Origin: Klebsormidium nitens
Lineage: Eukaryota > Plantae > Klebsormidiophyceae
DNA length: 64,000 nt
Assembly (NCBI GenBank): GCA_000708835.1
Contig: DF237004.1
Coordinates: 69,480-133,479, forward strand
Direction of reading: 5' to 3'
Below are positions 33,683-46,800 of the stretch, in pieces; within the stretch, counting starts at the first letter, position 1; each line of letters begins with the position of its first letter. The notes under the pieces were generated by a model, which did not search any database, was not told the origin of the DNA, and worked only from the letters and a program-made list of their open reading frames with translations. The position numbers were made by a program, and so were the translations under genes.

Positions 33683-36600
33683 CTACTGGGCGCTTTCCCA
33701 CCCGCTGGCAGCGGAGGGAGCGGCGGTCCAGTCGGCGGGGGCGGCTGCGGGGGCAGCACCGGACTCCCACCCTGCAAAGAAAAACGGTTGTTAGGTTCAA
33801 CTGACAGAGGGCCCTACAGGTACTTGAGTGCAGGGTGGCCGCAAAAAACACAACCTAAAGGCAAGCTCGAGTTGTAAACAGATCCTCTATGATCACGTGC
33901 GAACGTGCGAATGCCAACCGCGTCTTGGACAAACGTTCTTGGGCTTGCCGTGGATCATGATGGATCCCTTGACGGATGCTCCATATACATGGCCTTCAGC
34001 CCACCAGGACAACAGATCACAACAGACCTCGTCATCGATCTTTTTTGACCCAGCACCGCCGAGACTCCACTGTATTCCCCTACCTGCAGCAGCCGGGGCA
34101 GCCGCGCCGCTCCACTCCTGTGCCGCCGGCGCCGGGGCCGCGTTCCAGTCGCTGCCAGCAGCCGCGGGGGCAGCCGCAGTGGGGGCTGCCGCACCGTCCC
34201 AGTCAGCGGCGGCGCCCTGCTCCCACTCGGTAGCGGCAGCGGTGGGGGCCAATCCAAGGGCGGGGGTGGCGCCGTACTCGGGGGCAAAGTCGGTGGCCGG
34301 GGCATCGTCCTCGCCGGGCTCCTTGGTCTCCTCCGGCTCGCGGTAGAAGAACAGATCGACCTGGAATTGTTGAGTTAAGGTGAGTTAGTAGATGGGTGTG
34401 AAAGTAGAAGAGACAGTGACTCTGAGACCATGACGAAGTAGGCAAGACAGGAACTGAAGTGGAGAAGGGTCTCGTTCAGCAATCTAACAGAAGGTAGAAA
34501 GGAGTTGAAAAGACATAAAAAGTGAGATCGGAAACATTCGGAGGGGTGGCTGTGCGCGCTCAGTCAACCTGATGCCAAGAGCCACCGTCTGGCTGTCCCT
34601 GCACATCCAGAAACCAGTCCTTGCTTCATTCATTGCTGCTCCCAGAGTGGCGACAAAATCTGGATCGTTTGTAATCCAGCTCAAGCGCCCGTGAGAACAT
34701 ATCCATTTCCTACGCAGAAGACAATTAGACCTTGCAAGAACTGCCCCTCACCATGACGTCCCACGGCTGCGCCGCGGTGATGGTGCCGCGCATCTGGAGG
34801 ACCATCCTGGTGAGGACCCAGTAGAGCGCCCCGATGGAATGCTTGCCCTTGTTGTTGGCGGGGATCGCAATGTCCACGTGCTTCAGCGGCGAGTCGGTGT
34901 CCGCAAACGCGATCGTCGGGATGTTGCCCAGCGACGACTCCTTGATGGGCTGCACGAGAAAGAGGACGACCAAAAGTGAGCCTCAACCACAACAGATTGA
35001 GTAGACGCCAAGGCGACAATCAGGACACGACAAGAGTTTGTGATTGATGTCCTTGCTAACTTCTAGCCGAAAAGCCTTTTCTGCAACGCTTGTTTAAAAG
35101 GTCCACTTGCTGTGACCGCAGCCACCAAGACTGGCGCCATCACTTGGCTCATCACAGTAGCCATGACTTGCCCAAGGCAGGAAACTTCTCTCCTATTCAC
35201 CGGAGTTGCTTCAAAAACATTCAAGTCATTTAGTCACCCCCAACAACACTGAAGCTACACCTTGCCCCACATCCTACAACCTCGAACACCTTTCTCGGGC
35301 CATCTGTCACTTCAACACCAGCTCCCAACTTATCACATACGAGCATCTTGTTCCCCCACCTGGTGGTCCGTCCTGGGGTCCGTCAGGATGAGCAGCCTGG
35401 GCTCCAGGAACGACTCCTGGATCTGGTTAGTGAACGTTCCGGGGGTGTGGCGCCCGGCAATGGAGTGCGCCCCCGTGTAGGTCGCAAACTTGAGCACGGC
35501 GCGCTGGCCGTAGGGGCGGGCCGACTGGACGCAAATGTCCTGGGGGTTCTCAATGGCCACGATCACACGCGCCGCCAGCTGGAGCTTCTCCCACGTCTTG
35601 CCCAGGTTGATGATGTAGATGCCTGGAGGGACAAGGAGTATTTGCTGTGAACTTCTGATTCTGGAATGATGCACTCTTTGCTTGAACTTGCTGCTTTATC
35701 CTTTTGTTGCAAGTGGATAATGTTCCAGGACTTGCCCAGACTCACGGTGTAAAATGCGTGCAGGAGCACTGGAGAGGGCGCCATTTCAAAAATGATGTTT
35801 CAACACTGAAACGCATAAAGAGCAAGCAACTCGCGTCTCACAGAACGCATTTGGGTTGTAAATCCTGGACTCTGTGTGGGTTTTGAAGTCGGACTGGCAT
35901 ATTGTCGTGCCCCCCTTCACTGACGAGCACTCTCTGGGCATAGTCTCTACACCAACTTGACAAGCGCCGCAGCGGTGGGACCCTTCGGCAAAGGGAAAGG
36001 TGCATTCTACCAGTCTCCCTGCTTAGTGAAGGGTTGAGAAGCCTTTCCAGATTACCTGCACCTCTGTAGCTCACATTGACTACGCCTACTGTATGAGTAG
36101 CTCAAACATTTCAATCACTGGCAACCAATCCAGCCAACATTTATGCCCAAATTGGTAAGCCTAGCTGCTTCAATAAAAGCAGATTGCGCAAGATGGAAGT
36201 GCTCCCCTCTGGAAAAAATAAGCTAGATTGCTGCGAAGAAGCAACATCACCAGACTGACTCTGCACCACTACTGCCATTACCGCAAGTGAGGGATCGCCC
36301 AACTGCATGTACTCAAAAGATAAGCTGGCGGATCCAATCATCAACATCTCGCCACAGAATATAGCATACCAAGTACCCTTTCCATCATGGCAGAGGGCAA
36401 ATCAGACACCGTTACCGCATGCTAAACCCCTTTGCAGTTTGCTTTTGAACCCTCAAATGTAAAGAAGGAACCTTTGCAATGAGGCCCAGCAAAGCTACAG
36501 AGATGTCTGCACTGTGCCTCCTGCACCTCTGAGAGTGCCATAACCAAGGGCCTTACACTCACGGCGCCAACCGCTGAACATACACAAACAGTACCCGAGG

Positions 36601-36954
36601 CGAGGAAACTTCGTAAACCAAGAAACCCAGTGTCCCCCTCAACAACTGCCATTGCGTGGCCAGACCAGGCTCTGTCTTCACAACCCTGCATTCAGCCCCC
36701 ATTTCTTGCCCCCGCCCTTCATGCGCTCAGGTTTGAACCGTCAAAAATGCCTCTTCTTGGCACACATAACCCTACTTCCCCCTGCCTGTTTCCCACTGCC
36801 AAAACCGCCAAGCGGTAACGGGGCCTGCCCACTTACCATCGGCGCGCCTCTTCCACACATAGCGCTCCATCTGGAAATCGCAATTCTTGGTCCCGAGGTG
36901 GACCCCAGCTGCCAGCAGCAGCTGGATGTCGGCCTCCTTCTGAGAGAGCGCCAT
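33683..36954 (-). CDS. RPSA: 40S ribosomal protein SA (uS2, p40)
   Basis: Exons 36954-36837, 35622-35360, 34949-34752, 34360-34084, 33771-33683. Translation: [29 protein letters not shown]|[28 protein letters not shown]...[29 protein letters not shown]|[42 protein letters not shown]|[11 protein letters not shown]. Confidence 0.97.
35020..35155 (-). ncRNA. Candidate intronic box C/D snoRNA in RPSA intron 2
   Basis: Box C GTGATGA (35155-35149) and box D CTGA (35023-35020), spanning 136 nt. The terminal stem is weak and I could not identify a guide target. Confidence 0.2.
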
Positions 36955-37874
36955 GATTGCTTGCTTTGCCTGCGCCGCAGAGCGCCAACCCACCTAGCGT
37001 GCTAGGTGAAAGAGGGAGGGCCAGCGTCGCTTGCTGGCGTTTTGATGAAGCAGGGGCACGTGATGCGCCCGCTTTCGTATACGTATGTGCAAGCACTCTG
37101 CCCGTTTGATTGTAAAACTCTGCCCGGTAGTATGTACCGGCTTATTTTAATGTTAACCGGGAGTTGTGAAAAGAGCGACAATCAATATCGCAGACCTACC
37201 CATTTTGTCGCTGTTGATTTCAGAGCCGGTGAAAGACTTTGACCGCGACCAAGTTGCCGGCTGATCAGGAGCACTGCTTTTCCCGCCAAGATTCTTGAAT
37301 TGCAATTTGCACTCATGAGCAACTTAGGGAGAAGATCAGCCAGAGAATGTAGCCTCATGTAGGACGCTGTTTCTGTTCTCCTGCAGCAACGTTGCAAAGC
37401 TTACGGTATCTGTTCTTTTCCTTAGGTATCTGTCCTGTTTGGAGCTTCTCTGCCGGGCAGCCGTACGTTGGATTCCGAGGGCCAGATTGAGCCGGGCTGT
37501 GTTGGTGTGTTAGAGACACGCTGGCTGCTGGGAAGACATATAAGGCATCTCAGAACAAGCTGGACATTTTGAATCACCTTCATAACGATTGCTTCGAAAG
37601 CTTTGGAGAATATCTGGCAAAAAGATTTTGGGGCAGCTTCAAGTCTATGCTGCAAGGATCAGGCGGCTGCTTTCCTACAAGCCTATCGCTGGGGCAATTC
37701 AGTTGCTCGCCACTTATCGAATCCTCTAGTCCCTAAGTTCTACATTACTTCAGGGCGAGAGTCCGGAATTCCTGCTACCGTATGTAAGCACAAGTCCTTT
37801 GAGCAGGCCCACATTTGTCTGCGCAAGTATAATGGATCTTACCATACTTCATTGAGGACCGTTTACCAGCAGGC

Positions 37875-40800
37875 ATGATGGCAGGGCAGGAATTTGGGAT
37901 ACCTTTGAAACTCGCTGACTTGGAGGATGGGGATGGGCCGTTCGCTCTGAAGGAGCTTGATGAGAGAGCTATCTCTGCACCCCACGAACTTGCAAAGAGT
38001 GAGCTTCCTTCTGTGCGACTCCTCTTGGCAGCCCGCCTCTCATGGTTGTAGAGTTTACAAAGTGACGAGAGGCAACGTAGTTTGTCCTCACTGCAGAAAT
38101 CAAGTGAAGGCCAAAGACCTTAAGTACAACTACCCAAAACAGCTGTCTGTTTTGTTTGAAGCTTGGATTGACAACCCAAAAGTTCTAAGACAGATACATA
38201 CCTTCCAGAGGGCATTAGTTGTGTAGCACTGGCATGTTTAATTCAATCACCACCCTGGTACTAAGCATATCATAGATTTCACCGGCCACCCATACCATCT
38301 CTGGCCAACAATTAAGAGAACGCACTCAAGGGTAATTCGCAAATTACTGTCATGATAAGTAAACAGACATGGAAGATGCGAGTCAAAGGCGTGCTCACCC
38401 AACGCGTCACTTGAATGCAGCAATCTCCCAAGAGCTTGGTTTCAAGGAGGTGGTGGACATTGAGCAAGAAGAGATCTTTGCCCCAGTCTACTCCCTTGTG
38501 AGGTAAGAGTGCTACAAGGAAAATCAGGACTTTGTGCCCACATTTTGACCTTCTAGTTTATTTGCCCACTACATGCTAATGGGCTGCATCCCGTATCTGA
38601 AGAGAACCGTCCAGCGTATCAACCTTGGTTTGCGAGATGGGACAAAATGGTCTCCCGCCTTCGTCGTCCACTCCGCATAATCTTTCATCCGTGCGAGTGC
38701 ACAGCGCATCAGTGAAAACATAGTCTGACATAGCAGGAGCGCTTCGCAACAGCTTTTGGCAGGGATGCGAAATCGATTTCACCTTGTTGCTAACAATGTC
38801 GGGGCTACCATCACTTAATCCTTACTCCGTTCACTTGAGCTCTCCATACGCTGACAAAAGCACAACTCCCTCTCTCGCCTCGCCCGCAGACACTTTACAA
38901 AACTGCCGGCGACTGCCAAGGTCCTGTTGGTGGACACTCTGTGCACAAACCTCCTTCTTCTCAACCCGTCCATTCACTCCCTGGTCACGTCCACCAAAGA
39001 CAGCACAGAAGACGGGGGCGCCGAGGGCTACGCCTCGCTGCTCCAGTCCCACAGGAACGCCCTCAAGATCTACGTGCTGTTTCTTCATGAAATCTGCGCC
39101 GCCGAGGAGAAGGAAGCGCCGGCGGCCGCGGCTGAGAAGGCGGCCACAGCGCCTCCAGGAGGAAGAGTGCGTGCTTATATCCGTTCAATCTGCTTTATCA
39201 TCCATTCGAGTTACCTGTGGAAATGTTATTCAAAAATGCGGATTCGTAGAAGGCAGTTGCCGACCACTGTGCCAGTCTTGTGCAACACAGCATTTGGCCG
39301 GGCCACGGCATGCACTTTATTCTCCGCAGAACCTCGCCAGTGGCCTCCTGGGTCTGACCAGATACTAGCCAACATAATTCTGGCTTTGGAGATCCGAGAA
39401 AGCCATCACAGAACAAAGTCCTTGACCAGTGTTCTCATTTTTTTTCTGCCTCCTTCCAGCGGAGAGCCCCCAGCAAGAAGAATGCGGCCAGCAATTGGGA
39501 CTGGGACTTCCAGCGGCCCCGTGTGATCCGGCCCCTGGCGGGGGCGCTCGAGGCGGACCTGAAGGAGCTGTACCGCATGGATCAACCAGAGGAGGCCCTG
39601 TTGCAGCTCTTCACAAGGTACGGTTTTGATTTTTATTTTTAGGAATCTGGTTTGAGGTTTCAAGGTGGGCCAAGTTTTGGTGCATCCGGCTGTGCAGGGT
39701 TGTCAAGAGGCGATGCAGTCAAGAAGAAAAGTCAGATGCTAACTCTACTTCAGGGGTTTGAGTTCGTGAAGCGCTTAACATGGTCCACTGCAAACCATCT
39801 CGTGTCTGGCTGACCGTCTGGGCGTTTGAGATCCGATCGCACAGGAGGGATATCTGGTTACAGGGATTGTCGTCAAGCCTAAGGAAGCCTGTTTGGAAGG
39901 AGCTCAAGCACGTTCTTTGGCCTCAGGCAAGGCAGACAAGTTCTCAGGTTTAAGAAGGCCGGCTGATTCGCGAGAGGCAGTTGGTATCCTGCTTCCAGAA
40001 CGACGCTTGCCGTACTGTTGGATGGGCCTGCTCAAGGCTCGGCGCCCGGCAAATCATAGTCGTTTGTAAAAGAGTATTTGAACCTGTCCCACTGCTTACG
40101 TCGATTTCACAATCATGGCCGCCACCATATCGTGTTCCCGCTGCCACAGGTTCCAAAAGCTGAACGGATTTCTTTCCTTATTTGTAGGACCGCCTTTCTG
40201 ATGCTCGAGAACCCGGCTGTCCCGCGCGACCGCGACGCCGACTTCAAGTCCGACGTGTACAAGATCCTCGCGCTCTGCTGCGCCAAGTACGACCACACGC
40301 TCCCCGTCACCACGACGCTCATCCACTCCCTCCTCAAGTACGAGCACTCCCCCGGCCCGCTCGCCGAAGTCGCCACTCTAGTTGCGACCAAGTACGATGA
40401 CCCCCGGCTCGCAGCGGCGGTGCTCCGCGAAATCGGCCAGATGGACCCCCGCGAGCTGTTGCGCGACGTGGGCGGCGCGAAGAACGTCAGCGCGTTTCTA
40501 GTGGAGCTGGCGGAGCGGCTGCCGAAGATCGTGGCGCGGAACTTCAGTCTCGTGATGGTGCATATGAACGGGGAGCAGTACCATATGCGGAGCGCGCTGG
40601 TGATGGTTCTCGGGCGGATCGTTGCGAAGGCGTTCGACGAGAAGGAGGAGAACACGGCTGCGGAGCAGGCACGGCTCAAGTCCAAGCAGGCGTTGCTCGA
40701 CGTTCTTCTGGAACGGGTGCGCGACGTCAACTCCTTCACGCGCACCCGCGTTCTGCAAGCGTGGTCGTACCTGTGCGAAGAGAACCAGGTGCACCTCGGG

Positions 40801-43800
40801 CTGTTCAACCGCGTGACCGAGATTGCGACCGGACGGCTCGAGGACAAAGCGTCCAACGTCCGAAAGGCGGCGCTTCAGCTGCTGTCGACGCTGATCGTGT
40901 GCAACCCGTTTGCGTCGGACTTGCGGGTCGCGCCGTACGAATCCACCCTCCGGACGTTCCAAGAAAAGTTGGACAAGGCCGAAGAGGACAACCGTCCGAG
41001 CGACGAGGAGCTGCTGGCCGCCGCGTTTGGTCCAGGCAGCGGCGGAATCCGGGCCGGAGAGCAAGCGGAACGGAACCCGGATACGGAAAACGGAACTGGG
41101 GAAGCGTCGGCCGACGAAGACGCGGTTGAAGACGGAACGAGAACGGATGCTCCTGCGGAACCAGACCTTGAGCCGGACCAGGAACCCAGTTCTCAGTCAA
41201 CGCAGCCTGAGCCTGAATCCAACTCGCAATCCACGCAACCAGAGGCGGCAGGGTCTGAGCAGAATGCCGCGTCCCTAACCCGGCTTCGGGCAATGGTGGC
41301 CAGTCTGGACGCTGCTGTCAAGTTTACGAAGCAGTTAGCGAAAACCATGCCGGTTTTCGACAAGCTGCTGGCGTCGGCATCGGTCACTGACGTCACAGAG
41401 ACGATCCAGTTTCTGGAGCTGGCCAAGAGCCGTAAGTGCGAGGACGTGGACGACCGGTTGCGGCTCATGCTGCCCCTGGTGAGGACGTGCGAATTTCCTG
41501 TCTTCAAAATCATAGAATGCGGACTGGGGTTCTGATTTGGCCTAGGAAAGGTCGCGGTAAGGTGGCCTGAGTAGGGCCGCCGCCCAGCGAAACTTCGAAA
41601 CGCTGGGGGCTTGATCGTATGGGTTCTCTTCTCATCTGTGCCCTGAGCTTGCGAAATTGTTTCCTCGGATCGATGTGCCTAGGCCGCTTCCAGTACGTGC
41701 ATGTTGCATGTCGACAAAGGCCATCCCTTCCACTTTTCATCGGACAGGCTATGGTACATCTAAGACTGGACTTGTGTTTGTAGCGCCCATTTTGTCCTGC
41801 AGGTGTTTTCGCAGAAGGTCAGCAGAAGACACGCCATCTTTGGCGCGCGCAGAAAGCCGTACGCCGAAGTTCCATACAAAAAAGGCCTTTTTCAAGCTTG
41901 CTCTGCTGGAAATCTCTATACTTGAGTCAGATTTAGAGTTTTGGGTTTTTTGCCAGATTTTCTGCCGGGAGGCCAGCGTGAGGGAGGCCGTCTCCGCCGC
42001 ATGCGAGAAGCTGTACGTCAAAGTCTCGGAAGAAGGCACCGGGCAGCGCGGCCTGGCGGACCCCAAGCTGGCGGCCAAGAACCTGGTGGGCCTCACCATG
42101 GGCGCGTCCCTCGGAACGCTCGCGTCGCTCGAGGCGATCGTGGTGGACTTCATGCACCGGGAGCTGATCACACACGGCATGGTGAGCTTCAGGAAGAGCT
42201 TCTTTAGATTGGTGGCGATATCCTGCTTTTAGTGTTGGTCGAACGTTCCTTCTCGGAAAAGGGGGGTGCGTGTGCCCTCGCCCTTAACGACTTTCTGTGG
42301 ACTTCCCAAGAAATCATGTAAGCACTGGTGCTCGTTTCGCCGCTGTGCCTTAGTCTGTAAAGGTCAACACCTTGTTTACCGTTTGAGAAGCAGGTAGGTA
42401 TCTCTCCCTCCTTCCCCGGCTTCAAAATTCAACTGATATCCCTCTCCGTGCTGGGACTCCCTTGCGCTGCACTGGATCCACTTTTGTCATTCGTTGTTCA
42501 AGCATGGGTCACAACACACATTCACCCAAGGACAAGGTTCATTTCTCCCATGCTTAAGGCCCACCCTTCCATGAGCCTTCTCTCCTATACAAATCAAGTG
42601 TTCCGGATTCCATGATATGTGTCGATTCTCCCGTACATCTTCCTCTTAATCCTTTCTGTTCCGCCCCGTCTTTTTATACGAGCCTCCTTTTTCTTCTCCA
42701 CAGGTGCGCGCGCTTTGGGACATTTTCGAGGGTCGCGGCGAGGCCATCACCCCCGCGCACAGCCGCGGCGCGCTCGCCGTCCTTACCATGGCCGCCAAGG
42801 GCAACCCTGACGTCATCACCTCTAAGCTCGACTCGCTCCTGCGGCACGGCCTCGGGCCGCGCGCCCAAAAGGACCCTCTCATGGCGCGCTACACGTGAGA
42901 TCTTCTTCTCAGCTTAGCTGACAGGCGTGGTTTTGTATCAAGACAATTTTCCACTTCTTGAATTTACAGCATGATAGCCCTCGGATCAACTGCTTCTCAA
43001 ACCACTCCGCTGCAAATGTCGTTTGGACTGACTGTACGTACTTAACGTTCTGCTGAGGGTGTTTTCGGAGAACGGAAGGTGTTAGGCGTCGCTTGTTCGC
43101 TCGTTTGAAAAGATTGATTCTTAAAGCATCCTCAAGTCTGCTCAATTTACTGCAACCTTCGGATGCGATGCAGGTGTGTCGCACTTCAAAGGATCGCCCT
43201 CGGTGGCGAGCGCGAGAAACTAGAGTCGCGAGATGCGGTCTTCGGCGCGCTGACGTGGCTGGTCAAAAGCGCCCCCCTGCCGGACGAAAGCTGGTACTCG
43301 GCGGCAGAGCAGGCGGTCGGAGCGATTTACGCTCTGCACCCGACGCCGGAGGTCGTGTGCGCAAGGCTGGTGAGAGAGATGGCGGGGGGGGCGTTTGGGC
43401 GGAGAAAGGACACCCCCGGAGAAAGCGGGGATGGTATTGGCGAGCGAGAGCAAGGGGAGAATGTTGGCGAAGGTGGGGAGAAAGAGGCGGGGATTGTTTC
43501 AGAGGGCGAAGGGGAGACTGTGAGTGGAGACGCCGAGAGAAGGCCAGAGGAAGTGAGCGCACAGACTGGAGAGGAGCAACGAACCGGGGAAGATGCGGAC
43601 GGTCCGGCAGACGCGGTCGAAGGAGCGTCCGAAAGCGCTGACGTCACTGGGGCAGAGCAAGCGGCTTTGCCGGAGGTGGCAGGAGAAGCAGACGAACCGG
43701 ACTACGGTGTGAATGCCCCCGCTGGAGGGGCTGCAGCAGCCAAACCCACAGCCAATGGAGCCAATTCACATCCGGCGGACGATGTGTTCGGGTGCTCGGT

Positions 43801-46800
43801 GGGTGCGCTGAGCAGGTTCCTGTTTGTGGTGGGACACGTGGCGCTCAAGCACCTGGTGTACGTGGAGAGCTGCGCGAGGGACGTGCGGAGACTGCGCGTG
43901 GATAAAGACAAGGAGGCGGCGCAGGCGGCAGCGGACCGAAGGGACGCGGAGCTGGCGGGGGTGGAGGTGACGCAGCAGACGCAGGAGAGCGCGGAAGAGA
44001 CGGTGAGCTTGGCGTCTCGCTCTATATTCTTTCCTTTAAGTTTTGACGAAAGTAGACTCTTGCAGTTTTGATTGTGTTACCCTTCGGGGGACGAGCAAAG
44101 TCTGGGACATAGCAATGACGGTAACGCAGCAGACGCAGAGAGAAGCGACTGTAAGCATGGAGTCTTAAGTCTAATGTCCTGGAATTCTGGAGATTAGGCT
44201 GTTGCGTTCTGTTGCCTACACTTCCGGATGAGTCGGAGAGCTTCGGATGATGTAAAGAACGCAGGAGAGGGTAGATGAAACTGAACCTTTGACAGGCCGG
44301 CCTCTTTTTCCTATAGCTTTCCGTTCGTCAAATGATCGGCAGGTAGAAGTGAGGCTTAGGAATATGAAGGGACTGGAAAATTTCGGACATTATTGCTAAA
44401 GGAAAAGGAAAAATCCAATCCTGAAAGGCCGACGGTATAGCAGAAGAAGTTAACTTCGAACAAAGCCGTTTGACGTGCACATTATTGCTGACGTCACCCA
44501 GCGTCATCCCTGCAGGACAAAATCAACGAGGAGCTGGGCGTCGGTTCCGCTTCCGCAGACGCACACTTGGACTCGCTCTCCGAAGCGGCGGAGCGCGAGA
44601 TCCTGTCGCCGCAGAACCTGGTGGGACACGTGGCGCCCGTCGTGGCCCGCATATGCCGCTCGTCGGCGCTCCTGCAGGAGCACCCGCTGCTGCGCTCGTC
44701 CGCGCTGCTCGCGCTCTGCAAGCTCATGGCCGTCGACGCACACTTCTGGTACGACTTTTACAACCAAAGTTTTGACTCTACAACCGCAACATTCTACTAT
44801 GCTTTTATTTGTCTCGTCACTGTTTGGGACTTTGGGCTTCTTTTCCGGTCATTTCGCCGTCTGTAGAGCGCTTGATTTCCATGTTTCATCCTCTCTTGTT
44901 CCGAAGTACTTGCGCTCTCCAAATTCATGGCCGTCCGCGTAGCCTTCTGTTCCGGGATTTTGAGAAGGGGTTTTAGTGTCCTGGGGCTTCACCTCCCTTT
45001 TTCTTTCTTCTTGTGTTCTGCTGGAAGTTGATATTTTCCGTTATGCTCGTTTGGAAGTTTTGTAGGATGCGTGGCTATGGCTTCTATTGTTTCCTTCTTT
45101 GACTTTGCTTGGGCTCGTCAACGAAGCACGCTCTTTGAGACTTCTGGTATGGCTCTTGACCTCCCTTCTTCCTTCTCGTCACCGTTTGCGACAGTCGCTT
45201 TTTCCGGCTCGTTTTGGTTCGTGTAGGGGTGATACCTTCGTCTTGTCTCCTCCCTTGTCCGGCTTTTTGCACTCTGCAAGTCCACGGCCGTCGAGGCGAA
45301 CTTCTGGTACGGCTCTACAGAGTACGTATCAAATCTGCTGTAAGGTAGGCTACCTCAATTCAGGTAGGCGTTTCGTTGTCTTTTTTGCACTTTCCGCCTT
45401 CCGCTGCCGTGTCGCTCCTGCTTAATAACACCTCTTTACCCTCCCTTGCAGCGAGGCCAATCTTCAGCTGCTATTTACACTGGTCCGCAACGCCCCCGAA
45501 GAAGCCGTCCGCTGCAACTGCGTCGTCTCTTTAGGCGACCTGGCTTTCCGTTTCCATTTCTTTGTCCGCTTCGGCTCATCACTTTCTCATGCGTATTCAC
45601 ACCTCTCTTACTCCCTACCGCAGCGAGGCCAATCTCCAGCTGCTGTTTACACTGGTCCGCAACGCCCCCGAGGAAGCCGTCCGATGCAGTCAGGTCATTC
45701 CGCCCGGTGACCTGGCGTTCCGTTTCCGTTTCTGCTTCCGCTCCCCGTTCCCCTGCTTACTCACACCTCTTTTACCCCCTACTGCAGCGAGGCCAATCTG
45801 CAGCTGCTCTTCACGCTGGTCCGCAACGCCCCCGAAGAAGCCGTCCGCTGCAACTGCGTCGTCGCTCTGGGCGACCTGGCGTTCCGGTTCCCCAACCTAG
45901 TTGAGCCGTGGACGGAACATGTGTACGCGCGCCTGCGCGACGAGTCGGTGCTCGTGCGGAAGAACACGGTCATGGTGCTCACGCATCTCATCTTGAACGA
46001 CATGATGAAGGTGGGTTAGGGTTGAGTTTGAGCTGGGGTTATTTTAAGTTTCTGCGGCGTTATGGTCGTCAATACGTGCATCTGAGGATCGGTGCTCGTG
46101 CGTAAGAACACCGTTATGGTGCTCACGCATCTTATCCTTAACGACATGATGAAGGTGGGTTACTTTCTGGGTTTGTTGGGTTTCAGCTGGACTGGTAGGT
46201 TTGAAGGGCTGGTGGGTTCTGGCGGTTAGCGTGGGCCGACGCTGTATCCACTTTGAATTCGTCGATCTCGTGCCGCCGACAATGATGGTGCTCACACATC
46301 TCATTCTCAATGACCTGATGAATGTGGGTGAGGGTTTCCCTTCGGGCTCAGGTGATTTAAGTCTCTGCATTTCCGCAATATTCAGTAAGTCGTGCTCATT
46401 CACAGCACGGTGATTTTGCTCACGCATCTCATCTTCAACAACACGACATACAACATGTATCAGGTCTGGGCAGGGTAGCGGCACGCTTGCTTGCTTGCTT
46501 GGCTTTTTTGGACGAGTCTAATGCAACGGGTGGCTTTGCGTACTCTCAGCCATGACCGGGTCGGAATGCTTCAACTCCTTTCATGGTCACCCACTATCCA
46601 CGCAGCGCTCACTTCTTGTAAGTAGTGAGTTACGTTAAGTACGTTGAAGACGACCAACGTGTGGTGACAGGGATCAGTGTTGACAGGTACTGGCGGTGTC
46701 ACGGATCGTCGTCAGACAGACTTCTCCGTTTGAGAAGGCAAGTGGAAATAAGAAGAAACGCGTAAGAAAATTGAAGGAAGAAGATAAAGAGTTTCTCAAC

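Noticed and set aside
33683-34360. Trp-punctuated Ala/Pro repeats in the RPSA C-terminus
   Set aside because: Acidic, W-containing repetitive tails are normal for eukaryotic uS2/RPSA.
39167-39459. Possible U12-type intron (ATATCC and TCCTTGAC motifs) in CAP-D2
   Set aside because: A normal phase-0 GT-AG intron with a strong polypyrimidine tract joins the exons correctly.
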